Assembly: GCA_039096225.1 (NCBI GenBank)
Contig: JBBPEB010000015.1
Location: 1,054,001-1,118,000 of the forward strand
DNA: 64,000 bases
Direction: 5' to 3'
Origin: Blastocystis sp. Blastoise
Taxonomy: Eukaryota; Protista; Bigyra: Opalinata
A program made the position numbers and the translations under genes. A model generated the notes under the pieces. That model made no database searches, was not told the DNA's origin, and saw only the letters and a list, made by a program, of their open reading frames with translations. Shown here in pieces: positions 1 through 12,838 of the stretch (position 1 is its first letter; each line of letters starts with the position of its first letter).

Positions 1-1182
1 GGGTCAACATTTCTTCTATTAAAGAACGCTGGTATTGTTTTTTCTCGTGTTATTTCATCATTTACAGATTGAGAGGTAACAGAAATAGCTATATACACGT
101 ATATATATATAATTAATGAATAAATATAATTAATTAATATATATATATATACGTGTTTGGTAAGCCACAGGAGTTGACCATTTATATTGTTCAGGAGTTG
201 TATTATGACTATATAATAATTAAAAGTCAATACTATATAATAATTCTAAATATATATATACAATAATTTAGCTTCATTTGATTGTTCCTCTTTCATACGA
301 GCAGAAAAAGATTTATTATTTCGAGTAGTATCAGGATTCTCTTCTTCTTCGATAATAAATACTTGTTCCAACTGCGAATCAGGCTTAAAGGAAACATGAC
401 GCATATTCTATATATAATAATATATAATAATATATATAATAATATATATAATAATATATAATAATAATAATATTCTATATATAATAATAATAATAAAAAA
501 TAATAAAATATATACTTTCTTCTTAAGTAGTTGTTGTTCTTCGAAAGATAATATACTAAATGTTTCTAATGCGGGAATAACTGTATTAGATATAGTAGTT
601 GGTTCCTTCGTAGATATATCTTTATATTCTTTAGAATGATCTATACTTATATTATTTGTGTCAGTAGAAGATGTGATTGGTTGATTAATTGCATTATTAT
701 TAGAATTGATATCACTTGATAAATCATCAGTAAATGATTGTGTTTCATCAATTATAGAGCCAGAATTGATTGATGGAATACTATTCATTTGTGTCTCAAT
801 AGCAGAATGTAAAGGATCTAAAAGAGGAAGAGCAAGAGAAGTGGAAGGTATATAGTTATAATTATATGTCATATCTGTATTATTATTAAGTGTATTAATA
901 GAAGAAAGAAGAGTAGATGATGAATTTGAGTTCTTTAATTCTTTATGTTCCTGTATATTATTCTGTGTATTTAGATTTAAATTAGGAAGAAGAGAAGAAG
1001 GAGTTGTTCTAGATAATTGAGAATTATTTGTATATATAGACACTTGCTTCTGTTTCGATGGAAGCATCTATATTATTAATATAGAAGAGTGAATAAAATA
1101 GAAGATAAAATAATATAAAATAAATAAATAATAAATATTCATATATATATATATGATAAAATCCTAATAAATAATGAATAAA

Positions 1183-1224
<42 letters not shown>

Positions 1225-2861
1225 TTCATTATTTGTTCTCTTTATAGTAGTAGAACGAGGTATATCTTGATTATTAATAATAGTAGTTGATTGATTAGTA
1301 GTAGCTATTGAATCATTCTTCTTATTTAATATTCTCATCCATTTCTCTTTTATTTGAGTTGCTAAGGGGCTTGTTTCTATATATATATATATATATATAT
1401 AATTGAATTAAAATAACTACTTTAAACAACATTATTACTATTATATTCAATTAAATATATAAATACAATATAAAACTAATTATAAATAAAATAGAATACT
1501 ATATATATATACGAGGAGAACCTATTTTAATAACTTTCGTAACAAGTTTTGGGAATTTAAATACTTTTTCTTTTATAATAGTTTCAGTAACAGGAATGTT
1601 ATAAGCCACTTCTAATATACTTTTTACTAAGAAATCAAGTTGGGGAAGTTGATAAGAAGAGAGAAGCCACTGAGTTAATACTTCAAAGATATTATAATTT
1701 ACTAATACTTGTTGAATAGATACAGATTGAACGTCTTTTAATATATGAAGAACCAATGATTTCTCATAAATCTATATATATATATATATATATAATAAGA
1801 TTTTTATTTTTATTTTTAAAGTTTGTCAAGACGGTATACAATAATAAATAATAAACAATAAATAATAATAATAAAAAAAGAGGAAAACAAATATAAAGAA
1901 ATAGATTCTATTTGTCTTTCATAAAATATGTTTTTAAAAAAGAACAAATTCATGTTTTTAATTTTCTTTATGTCATTATTTTCTTAGAAAATGTTTTAAC
2001 TCCATTCTGTGTATTTCAATTTAGTTTCATTATTTTTATTGTTTTATATTATTCTTATCTCCTATTTTTTATACATCTTAAGCTCTTCCTCATTAATAAA
2101 TAAATATATGTATATGTATATATATAATAATAATAAATATTTGTTTCAAATAGTAAAGAAAAAAAAAATTAAAATGATAGATATATAAATATATTTAAGA
2201 ATAATTATGTATATAATATAAATAACCTACAGATAAGTCTTTTCTTATATAAGAAGAAAATTGGAAAATATTGTCATAAGTATTTTTAAGACCAGTTTTC
2301 GGTGCTAAAAAGCGAACAAGTTGTTCTTCAGAGGGTGTCAGAGATTCTTTAGCTACTGTATCAAGTAAAGAAGTTATATAAGCATCCCTTTTACAAGCTA
2401 TCAGCATAGTAATATTACTGCAAGACTATAAAAAAGTAATAAAAATTAAAATACACAAAAAATAAAAATTAATAAAAATTAATAAAAATTAATAAAAATT
2501 AATAAAAATAAATAAAAATTAAAATAAAAATACATAAAAATAAAAATAAAAATACATAAACAGTAATAAAAAAAAATACATAACAATTAAATAAAATGAA
2601 TATGAAAAATATAATAATATAAACAAAAGAATAGTATGAAAAACAAAATCTAGAAATAATAAAACAATAAACATACCAATCCTGTAACAGGTTCATGATT
2701 TGTTTTACCATAATACTTAATTATAATCTATAATAAATATTTAAATATGTTTAAGTGTATACATTATGTAGCCTCTGAATTTGTTTAATAGTTCTGTCAT
2801 GTTGACCATTAATAGCCCTAGTACTGGAAATAATCTCTTCAGGTGAAATATTTCGTTTCAT
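1..2861 (-). CDS. PNUTS/PPP1R10-like PP1 regulatory subunit (TFIIS-N domain + RVxF motif); 3' end runs off the window
   Basis: ATG at 2861; 8 GT-AG introns splice in frame. TFIIS-N-like domain (..FEVLTQWL..ILEVAYNIPVTETIIKE..ATQIKEKW), then KKKNMRHVSFKPDSQLEQV (RVxF), then W-x-x-P and REKTIPAFF..DP blocks typical of PNUTS/Ref2. Confidence 0.75.
95..156. repeat. Perfect 17-bp inverted repeat spanning an intron
   Basis: ACACGTATATATATATA (95-111) and TATATATATATACGTGT (140-156). Confidence 0.9.
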
Positions 2862-3140
2862 TTAATTTATAGTCAAAACTTAAAATATGTTTTTAAATAA
2901 AATAAAGGTTTTGTATAAACTTAGAATCACAATCAAATATATGAAAAATAGTTTAAAAATAAAAAATTATAATAAAAAAGAATAGAAACATATAATCTTG
3001 GGAAACTCATTTGAAAAAAGGAAAAGAGAAAAAAAATAATCTTGGAAATAAAGAAAGAACAACTTCTACGAAAAAATGTTTTTTCTAAAGGAAATAACAA
3101 ATAATCAAGATTATATGGCAAAAAGAAAAGAAAAGTCAGA

Positions 3141-3207
3141 ACCCCTGGATTGAATTGCAACTTCATACAAAAAATAGGCTTGTTTTGTCAATTTTGTTTT
3201 TCACCCC
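3141..3207 (+). promoter_or_regulatory. Candidate ribosomal-protein promoter element (ACCCCTGGAT and TTTCACCCC) upstream of RPL21
   Basis: Both words recur exactly upstream of RPS6 on its coding strand. Confidence 0.5.
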
Positions 3208-3445
3208 GTCCCAATTGTTGTGACTTTTTTTCTTGCTTTTTCAATCCACAACCTAATTATATATTTTTGCACTTTATTGTTGACAGGTATGTAATTATAG
3301 ATTATTTATATTGCAAACGTATTTGTTTTTGTCTATTTGAATAAAAATAAATGAAAACATTGTCATATTACATCAATACTTGATAATTCAATCTCATCAA
3401 ACAATCAAAAAACTATACTTACTTATTGTTTAGTATATATAGAAG

Positions 3446-4162
3446 ATGCCTCACTCTTTCGGTTATCGTGCCCGTACTCGTAGCATGTTCAAGCGTGACT
3501 TCCGTGATCACGGTGTCATTCCTCTTAGTACTTACATGCGTAATTACAAAGTTGGTGATTATGTTGATATTAAGGCCAATGGTTCTATTCACAAGGGTAT
3601 GCCTCAAAAGGGTTATCATGGTAGAACTGGTATTGTTTTTGATGTCACCAAAACCTCCGTTGGTGTTATTGTAAACAAAATTGTCCGTAACCGTCAATTA
3701 AAGAAGAGAATTCACGTTCGTGTCGATCATATTCGTCCTTCCACTTGCCGTATTGGTCACATTCAACGTGTCAAGGAAAACGATCTTAAGAAGGTTGAAG
3801 CCAAAAAGACTGGTGGTATGTTGTTTATTCATCTATTATATATATATTTTTTTTATATATTTACAACAATTCATATATATGTTTTTTTCTCCTTATTTTA
3901 TATGATTCACTAACATAAACTATTTTTTCATTTTAAATTCTCTTCTTTCTTCTTTTTTTTTCTTTGCTGCATTCTATATATTTATTTATCTTCAATTTTA
4001 ATTATAATATTTTAAAAATACTTGAACAACGATTACTATTATTTATTTAATATAGTTAAGGTCTGTCTTAAGAGAACCCCTGCCCTCCCTCGTGATGGTT
4101 GTATCGTTGTCCCTAAGGAAGTCATTACTGTTCATCCTCTTCCTTATGAAGTTTTAGCTTAA
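3446..4162 (+). CDS. RPL21: 60S ribosomal protein L21 (eL21)
   Basis: [12 protein letters not shown]...[13 protein letters not shown]; one GT-AG intron (~3816-4055); last exon [15 protein letters not shown]...HPLPYEVLA*; probable 5'UTR intron 3287-3442. Confidence 0.97.
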
Positions 4163-4580
4163 GTTAGAATTTCATTATCTGTCATATGGTGCATCTGTCT
4201 AGTTTTTTGTTGTCCTTTTTTTTCTTTTTTACGTTTTTTACTCAATAGAAAAACAACGATAGTATTAAACTTTTATAATAGGTTAATTAAATATGAATGG
4301 GACTATTTAAATTTTTTTTATAAATAGAGAATAACGTTAATTTCACAATATTTATGCAAATTTATTAATCATGACATACATATGAATAATTATATTTTTT
4401 TCTTTTGACAATATAAAATAAACAATAAAAAACTTTTTCTTACAAATTCTTTTCAAAATCAGTTGTATATTACAATATCATTAGTATTTTAATTAAAACA
4501 AAAAAAAGACAACAATAAAATACTCCAGTTATTTAAAGCATCGTGGGTGTGTGTATTATTTATACCAAATATCGGATTGT

Positions 4581-5944
4581 TTAAGCAACAACAGAACTCT
4601 TCTTGGCAGCAATAGAACTCTTCTTAGCAAGAGACTTCTTGTGAGCAGCAGACTTAGCAGCCTTGATTTCAGATATATATATAACAATAAGAATATATAT
4701 ATATATTAATATAAAATGGTAGATAGTATTAAATAAATAAATATAGAAATTTAAAAAATATACAGCGTTACGCTTAGCAACAAGACGTTCATATTCAGTA
4801 CGTTCTTCCTTAACTCTTTGTTGTTGAGCCTTGAGAGCAGCAAATCTCTGTCGATAAAAAATATAAATAATAACTAGAATATATATAATAATAAGTGTGA
4901 AGCATATTATATATATAATAGCTTTGATTTTTAAAATTACAATAGCCATAAAGAATAATAAAAATAAATACCTCTGTCTCTTGTGGACAAGATGAAGATG
5001 AGTAACAAGTCTTTGGATCTTAGGAGCCTTGACGTGTTTCTTACCGTCCTTAGTGAATTCACGATGAATGACATACTTACGGACATCATCTTTCTTGGTT
5101 AAGTTGAAGAGCTTACGGATGTTAGAAGCTCTCTTAGGTCCAAGACGACGAGGTTCAGCAGATTCAAGATCAGTAAGTCCGGGAATATCTTGTTCACCCT
5201 TCTTAACAACCATTAAGTTAAGAACGGAGAGATCAGCACCGACAATACAACCACGAACAGACTTTCTCTTACGTTCACCCTATAAATTATATAATAAATA
5301 CATTCATTATTGAAAAAAATATATATTATTATTATATTCATCTATTTAATAATAAAATTAATTCTAATTTATATATAAAATTCATTTTTCAAATAATTCA
5401 CTTTTATTTAAAAAGTATACTAATAGTAATATATATATATAGAAAAATCAAAAATTATATGTTATACAAATTACTTATAGCATATATAATTAAATATAAA
5501 TTCTAAATATATATTATGAAAAAAAAATATATATATATATATGAAAAATAATAATAATAAAGTGAAGAATTAGAAAGCATCCAGTACGACGAGCTCTGTA
5601 ACAAGAGTGACCATCGGAAAGAAGAAGACGAACACGGTAGTTGGTAAGAACACCTTGTTTCATGGGGAAACCTTGTTTATCATTTCCTCCAGTGATACGG
5701 AAAACGTAACCCTTCCATTCATCACCTAAAGAATCACCTTCAACTTCTTGAGACATTCTCTTTTCGAAGAAAGCGTGAACTTTGTTTTCATCATCAATGG
5801 TAAAAGCCTTTTGTGTAGATAAGGCAGGATAACAGATATTAAGCTATAAGAAAATGTTGAATTAGATTAGGTAAAAAGGAACATGAAAATTTGTGAACTT
5901 CTTCAATAAAACAAGCGATAATCTCTTCAAATATATACCTTCAT
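4581..5944 (-). CDS. RPS6: 40S ribosomal protein S6 (eS6)
   Basis: MK|LNICYP...[21 protein letters not shown]...RRT|[13 protein letters not shown]...PRRLGPKRA...KAPKIQRL. Four introns (5844-5938, 5280-5582, 4846-4971, ~4671-4763), three with atypical ends. Confidence 0.97.
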
Positions 5945-6089
5945 GTTATGATTGCTTATAAAATACCACGAGCAATAAGTAGGAGTGTATTTAATACTTG
6001 AGATAGAGAAATTTTTGTTGAGAAAACCAAAAAGAAAAACCAGAGGGGATAATTGAAATTTACACTTGATAGTTCCCTTATTTTTTTTC

Positions 6090-6103
6090 ATCCAGGGGTG
6101 AAA
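6090..6103 (-). promoter_or_regulatory. Candidate ribosomal-protein promoter element TTTCACCCCTGGAT upstream of RPS6
   Basis: Exact 10-mer shared with the RPL21 upstream region; CCAAT-like word nearby (~6115-6120). Confidence 0.5.
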
Positions 6104-6668
6104 TAAAATAACAACCAATCGAATGATCACTTTTACAAACCCAGAAATATGACTCCTATTTTTTATTACTTTATTCACGGTTTTATTGATTTTTATTATA
6201 TTTTTTATTTTTTGTATAATTATCAACTATTGAATGAAATATTCTCTTTATTAAATGTATTTTCACTCATTTTATACGTAGCAACATAGATAAATATAAT
6301 TTTTTTAAATACAAAAAAAGTATTTTTAAATAGCATTTTTATATGTCAAAGTATCACTCTTTTAATTTTCTATTATCCAGAGAATACTTTGCATTTTATA
6401 AAATAATCAAAAACATTTCGAATTTTAAAAAAATATACTTACAAAATTTATATGTAAACAAGATATTTAAGATTGCTTTTAAGTTAAATTATTATACTAA
6501 ACAATTTTATGAATTTGACAAATAAAAAATAAATTAATACTATTCTTGTATTAAGAAGAATGAAGAATTTTTTTAAATAATCTAGCGGGAGTTCGCCCAG
6601 TAATAGATAATATTCATTGATTAGACGTATTGTCTAAATATATATCTTTGCAACTATCTAAATAAAGA

Positions 6669-8523
6669 ATGGAAATCGAAATAGATAATACAAATGTTGA
6701 CAACAATTTACCATGGGTTGAAAAATATCGTCCAAAGAAGATAGATGAAGTATCGCATCAAGATGAAGTTACCGCTACATTACGTACATCTATTGAAAAA
6801 GGAAGTCTTCCTCATCTTCTTTTCTATGGACCTCCTGGAACAGGTAAAACATCAACAATATTAGCCTTATGCCATGAACTTTATGGGTATATTATTATTG
6901 ATAAATATGAGTTTTGGTTCGTTGTGCTATCTTGCTTGTTTTATATAGTCCTGAAATGAAGAATCGTGTCATGGAACTCAATGCTTCTGATGAACGTGGA
7001 ATCAATGTATTTTTTCACTAAATATTTTTTTTTAATAGTATATGATATAAATGTGAATAGGTTATTCGTGAAAAAGTCAAAACATTTGCACAAATTATTG
7101 CTAAAAAGACAGTTCCGTATATTTCGTTTATTTTATTCAAATATTGATATTTCAATAGTATATATTATTATTATTATATAGTGGTTATCCCTGTCCTCCT
7201 TTCAAGATTATTATTATGGATGAAGCGGATTCCATGACTCCAGATGCACAAGTATATATATATTATTGGTTTACTTGTATTTTTTTTGTTATTATTATTA
7301 TTTTGTTATTATTATTTTTTTAATTTACAATACTTATATATAATATATGTTAATATATATATATATATATAGGGTGCGTTACGTCGTATTATGGAACTAT
7401 ATTCTAATGTTACTCGTTTCTGCCTTATTTGTAACTATGTTTCAAGGTACATTATTCTATTGTTTATATTTATATTTTTTATATTTATATTTTTTATATT
7501 TATATTTTTTATATTTATATTTTTTATATTTATATTTATATTGTTTATATTTATATTTTTTATATTTATAATTATTATTATATTATATTTATATTCTTTA
7601 TATATAATTATTATTATATTATATTTATAATTATTATTATATTATATTTATATTTTTTATATTATATAATTATTATAAACAGAATTATACCTCCACTTGC
7701 GTCTCGTTGTATAAAATTTGGCTATAAGCCTCTTCCTCTTGTTTCTATTCGTGATCGTTTATTATATATATGTGATCAAGAAGGAGTTAAAACTAACGAA
7801 GATTGTCTTGATTATATAATATCTCTTTCTCATGGAGATATGCGTCATGCTATTCATACGTTACAAAATGCATCTGTTTTATTTGATAAAGATATTAATA
7901 AAGAACAAGTTGAAACAATATCTATGGTATAGTATTAAACATATATTCTAATAATATAATTTATCATTATAATTCTATACATTTATTTCATTTATTGTTG
8001 ATCATATTTCTTTTAGATTTATAAATATAATAATTTATTTAGACTATTTATATACTATATAGAGTTTTCCTCAACAAGATCTGAATAGTTTTTGGTCAAG
8101 TATACAATCAAATAATTTCCAATTATTGCAACAACGAGTCGAAGAAAACTTATTAAAAGGATATCCTATTTCTATAATTCTTACCTCTCTTTATAATCTT
8201 ATAATCACAAAAACAGGTATATATATATTTATCACTTATATTATTAGTATCATTATTCTTTATATTCAAAGAAAATTAAAGAATTATTATAATAAATAAT
8301 TTTATTTATTAAAAAAATAATTATTTCATTTTATTTTTTATTATATATAATGAACACTTATATATACTATAATAATACTATAGATCTTTCTGATCATTCA
8401 AAAGCTTCGATGTGTCTTGTTCTTGCAGAAAGTGAAAAGAATATTATGGATGGATCCGATAGTGAAATTCAATTATTAAATATAGGTAGTCAACTAATGA
8501 CTATCTTACATAATTCAAAGTAA
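6669..8523 (+). CDS. RFC4: Replication factor C small subunit (human RFC4 / yeast Rfc2 type)
   Basis: PWVEKYRP, Walker [45 protein letters not shown]; 7 GT-AG introns splice in frame. Confidence 0.93.
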
Positions 8524-9451
8524 TTAAATATTATTTAAATATATATATGAATGTTAGTATTATATCTTTTTAATTTGTTGGTTTCTATATAATTTTTATT
8601 ATTATTATTACAAAAAAAATCACAATAATTATAATAATAATTATCATTATAATAAAAATATAATAAAAATCACAATAATTAAAATAATAAAAATACAATA
8701 ATAATAACAAAACCATGAAAAGACGACGATGCACACTACCACTAATGAAAAATAGAAACACATGAAGCATATATATATTATGTTTAAAAAAAGAATTATA
8801 TCAATTATAGAAATAGATACAACAAAACAAATAAAAAAGAAATGTTTAAAGATTTTGGGAAAAATAAAAGAAAAAGACAAGCAAAGGAATACTATTAAAG
8901 TATCGTTCATGAGAAATATTAAGAATGATAACGAATAATAATTAACAAGAAACAGAGATAAACATACATGAAGATATTATGTACTTATAATGATTTGAAA
9001 GAAATAATACCCCAGTTAAAAATAATTATTATATATATATAGATATATATATAGATATATATATAGATTTTGTTATATTTAAAATAAGGAAAGGATTTTA
9101 ATAATGAAAAAAAAATTGAAAGACTATTAGAAGATATATATAATTGAATTTATAAAAAAAAGTTAAAGAAAAAACTACAAAGAAAAGAATAGAAATAGGT
9201 TCACAATAAAAAAGAAAAAGAAAAGAAATAGAATAAAAATAAATAAAAAGATTCATAATACATATATATATATACATATATACAAAAAAAAGAATAAACG
9301 GATAACAATAAACTACTATAACAGAGAAAAGCAGGTATATACATATATAGAAAGAAAACTATCTATACATATATTTAAATTAATATAGATTATTTAAATA
9401 ATAAAAAAAAATAAATAAAAAAAATATATATATATATAAAAGTAATTTCAT

Positions 9452-9782
9452 CTAAGGTCGCGATTGACTCTTAGAATTCTTACGACCCGAGCGATAAGTA
9501 GCAAAAGAAACACGTAATAGCTTTCCTTCCTAAAAAGAAAAATAATTTATATATGAATAAAAATATTTAATTTAATTTTTATTATAATAATAATAAAAAT
9601 AATAATATATTATTATTAGTTTGTTATAAAGATCATAAATTAAATAAGAATAACATGATACATAGTAAATATAGCAATATATATAAATAAAGAGATATAT
9701 ACTTTAGCAAAGGAAGAAGTATTATGGATAAAAGCAATAGCATTAACAGCAGATTCAACAGAATCGTATTCAATCCAACACA

Positions 9783-9827
<45 letters not shown>

Positions 9828-11160
9828 TTTCTATTATAAATAGATCATTATATTGATTTCTTATCATGTTATATATATACATTTTTTACAAATTTAATTT
9901 TAATAATTTTTCCATATCTTCCAAATAAAGCTTTAATAAGCATTTGGATATCAGGAATAGTATCATCAATACTATATATATATATACAATAAATAATAAA
10001 ATAAATTAAAACATTAAAAAAAAAGCATAAAAATTATTATTATATATATACCCTACTACATGTACATGATTAGTAGGTTCATGTTCTGGTATTTTCATAT
10101 AATCAGTAGAAGTAAAACGATGAAGAAGTTTACCATAAAAATCTTCGGTTAAATCACGTATAGTAGGACATGCATAAGAAAACGGAGCATCAACATGAGT
10201 CGTTGTCGATAATCTTACTTTTAATTCATGACCTTTAAACATAACTCCATCCATAATAACAGCTTTTTGAGCTTGACTATGAGAAGGAAACTTTACTAAA
10301 GCTTTAGTACGATCTGTATGCCTATATATTAAATTATATATTTTATAATAAAACATATATATTTATAATAAAACATATATATTTATAATAAAACATATAT
10401 ATATATATATTAAATCATATATATATCTTTATAATAAAACAAATATTCTTTATATTATAATGTGATTCTATTATATATTTAAAGAAAAATAATATAGATT
10501 TTAAAAATATATACATGATTTTTACTCTAAGAACTTCACCAAAACAAGAGAACACATTGAATATATGTCTTGGATAAATATTCTCAGGAGGGAGATTAGA
10601 AATGAAAACAATAGACGATTGAGTATCGTCACCACCACTTTCCTCCGATATTTCAGAAGCAACTTCATCGAAAGAATTACTTGCCATATTGGGCTATATA
10701 TATTAACGAATTAGAAATGAAGAAAAATCAAAATGAAATATAGAATGAGTAAACATCTACTTACATCGAACTTAGACGCAGCATATTTTTGTTGATCACA
10801 ATCTATATATCATAAGTTGATAAAGAAATCCACTTAAAGAATAGTATAAAAACACAAATGTACCTTGAGGATAACGTTCAAAGTATTCAAATACTTTCTT
10901 TATAGAATACTATACATCTCAGTATAAAATGATTTGATAATACAACTAAATACAGTTTCTGGAGAAGAGTCAGCACTCGTAAGAATTTGGTGAAACATAT
11001 TTTGTCTATTCACAGGTGGGCTTCCAACATCAACACGGTCAAAAGGACTAATTTTTCCTTCGTTATAAGCTAAAAAAGGATCACCATAAGTTTGTTCACC
11101 TCCAGTATATTGTTCCATAGATATATTGTTATATCTATTAGATGGCATCGAGTACTCCAT
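9452..11160 (-). CDS. PTB/hnRNP-L-like RNA-binding protein with two RRMs
   Basis: SIVFISNLPPENIYPRHIFNVFSCFGEVLRVKIM..ALVKF..ELKVRLS; second RRM LFGRYGKI..CWIEYDSVESAVNAIAFIHN..LRVSFA; 7 GT-AG introns in frame. Confidence 0.8.
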
Positions 11161-12167
11161 GTTTAAACGAAAAATAAATTAATAAAGAAAAGCAAAGTAA
11201 TATTTTAATTGTCTGGAAAAATAAAACATATACTTATTAGTATATAATTATTCTGTAGAGGCTTCGCCACACAAATTTATTAATCTTCTCTATAACCTTC
11301 GTATTCTCTCACGGGAAAAGAGAATCAGCTTCGCCTAAAGAATTCTATTTTTGATTTGTTCAAAAGTTAACGGCTACGTTTTTGATTGAAGATTTTACAT
11401 ATAGTCATATCACACTGATAGGACTTAAAAAAATATTGATGTTTTGGAGGCAAATGAAGCTTTATTTGCTTAGAATGACTGGCTACTTATCTTTTTCTTC
11501 GTTAATAATATTTGAGCTAATATGATCAAAAAAGGGATTCATATTTTATATATAGTTATTGCCTCGTCAATAAAGTACACGATAATTGTCTTTTTACTTT
11601 GGTTTAAACAATTTTTCCTACGAATGATCAATATATTTTTCTTTTTTCGCCATAAATTTATTCTATATATCAAGTAAGATATAAATCTATATAGAATACT
11701 ATAGTTCACAACAAATTTTATTATTTTAACTTTGTAGTTATAACTTGTTTAAGTTTAGTAATATAAAAAGTGGTATTTAAGCATTGTAACTCAAAAATAA
11801 AAACATCATTAAGAACAGTATAACAATTTTATACCCAATTAATTCAATTATAATGAAATCTCTGACTCATTGAATATTTCCAAAAGTCATCACATTCATC
11901 AATTCTCTCTTTGTTAACGAAACACTCTCATAAAGTAATATAAAGATAAAAATTTTTGAAATTATGAAAATTTCAAAAAATATAGATGAAACAAAGCTTT
12001 ATTCATGATTCTCGGCTATTTCTAGGGAAAATCAGTGAATGGTGATGAGAAAAATAAATTTAGAATTGTTGAATAATATATATTTCTGTGTATACGGCAG
12101 TTAATCTCCCCAAACTCAGTAAAAATGGTATATAAGTGCTATAGACTATATGAATATACTATATATA

Positions 12168-12696
12168 ATGGCTCCTAAGAAGGAAAAGAAGGAAAAGGAA
12201 GTTGTCAAACTTGGTCCCCAAAATGTCAAGGATGGTGAAGAAGTCTTCGCTGTTGCTCACATCTTTGCCTCTTTTAACGATACTTTCGTTCACGTTACCG
12301 ATTTATCTGGTCGTGAAACCCTCGTTAGAATTACTGGAGGTATGAGAGTTAAGGCTGATCGTGATGAATCCTCTCCTTATGCTGCTATGCTTGCTGCTCA
12401 AGATGTTGCTGCTAGACTTAAGGTATATTTATTTTTTTAAATGACATTCTTTAATTTTTTATCTTAAGATAATTCAATTAATAATATGAATATTATAGGA
12501 AATCGGTATTACCGCTCTTCATATTAAGCTCCGAGCTACTGGTGGTGCTGGTTCTCCTGCTCCTGGTCCTGGTGCTCAATCTGCTCTTCGTGCTCTTGCC
12601 CGTAATGGTATGAAGATTGGTCGTATTGAAGATGTTACTCCTATTCCTACCGATTCTTGCCGTAAATGCAAGTCTCGTCATGGTAAACGTCTTTAA
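12168..12696 (+). CDS. RPS14: 40S ribosomal protein S14 (uS11); true start may be the ATG at 12125 spliced to 12171
   Basis: [50 protein letters not shown]; intron 12423-12498; [25 protein letters not shown]. Confidence 0.97.
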
Positions 12697-12838
12697 CAGA
12701 GATTGTATTTCTTCTTTTTCGTTGGAAAAAAAATGTTGCTTTGTTTCTTTAATTATTTTAATAATACAAAACTCATAATTATATAGAAGCAAATAAGCAA
12801 AAATAAATATAATAAAGTTTAATTTCAACTATGACTAT

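Noticed and set aside
3419-3697. Antisense or alternative-frame ORFs over RPL21, RPS6, RPS14, NAA38 and the CSD gene
   Set aside because: They are shadows of codon bias with no protein-like features.
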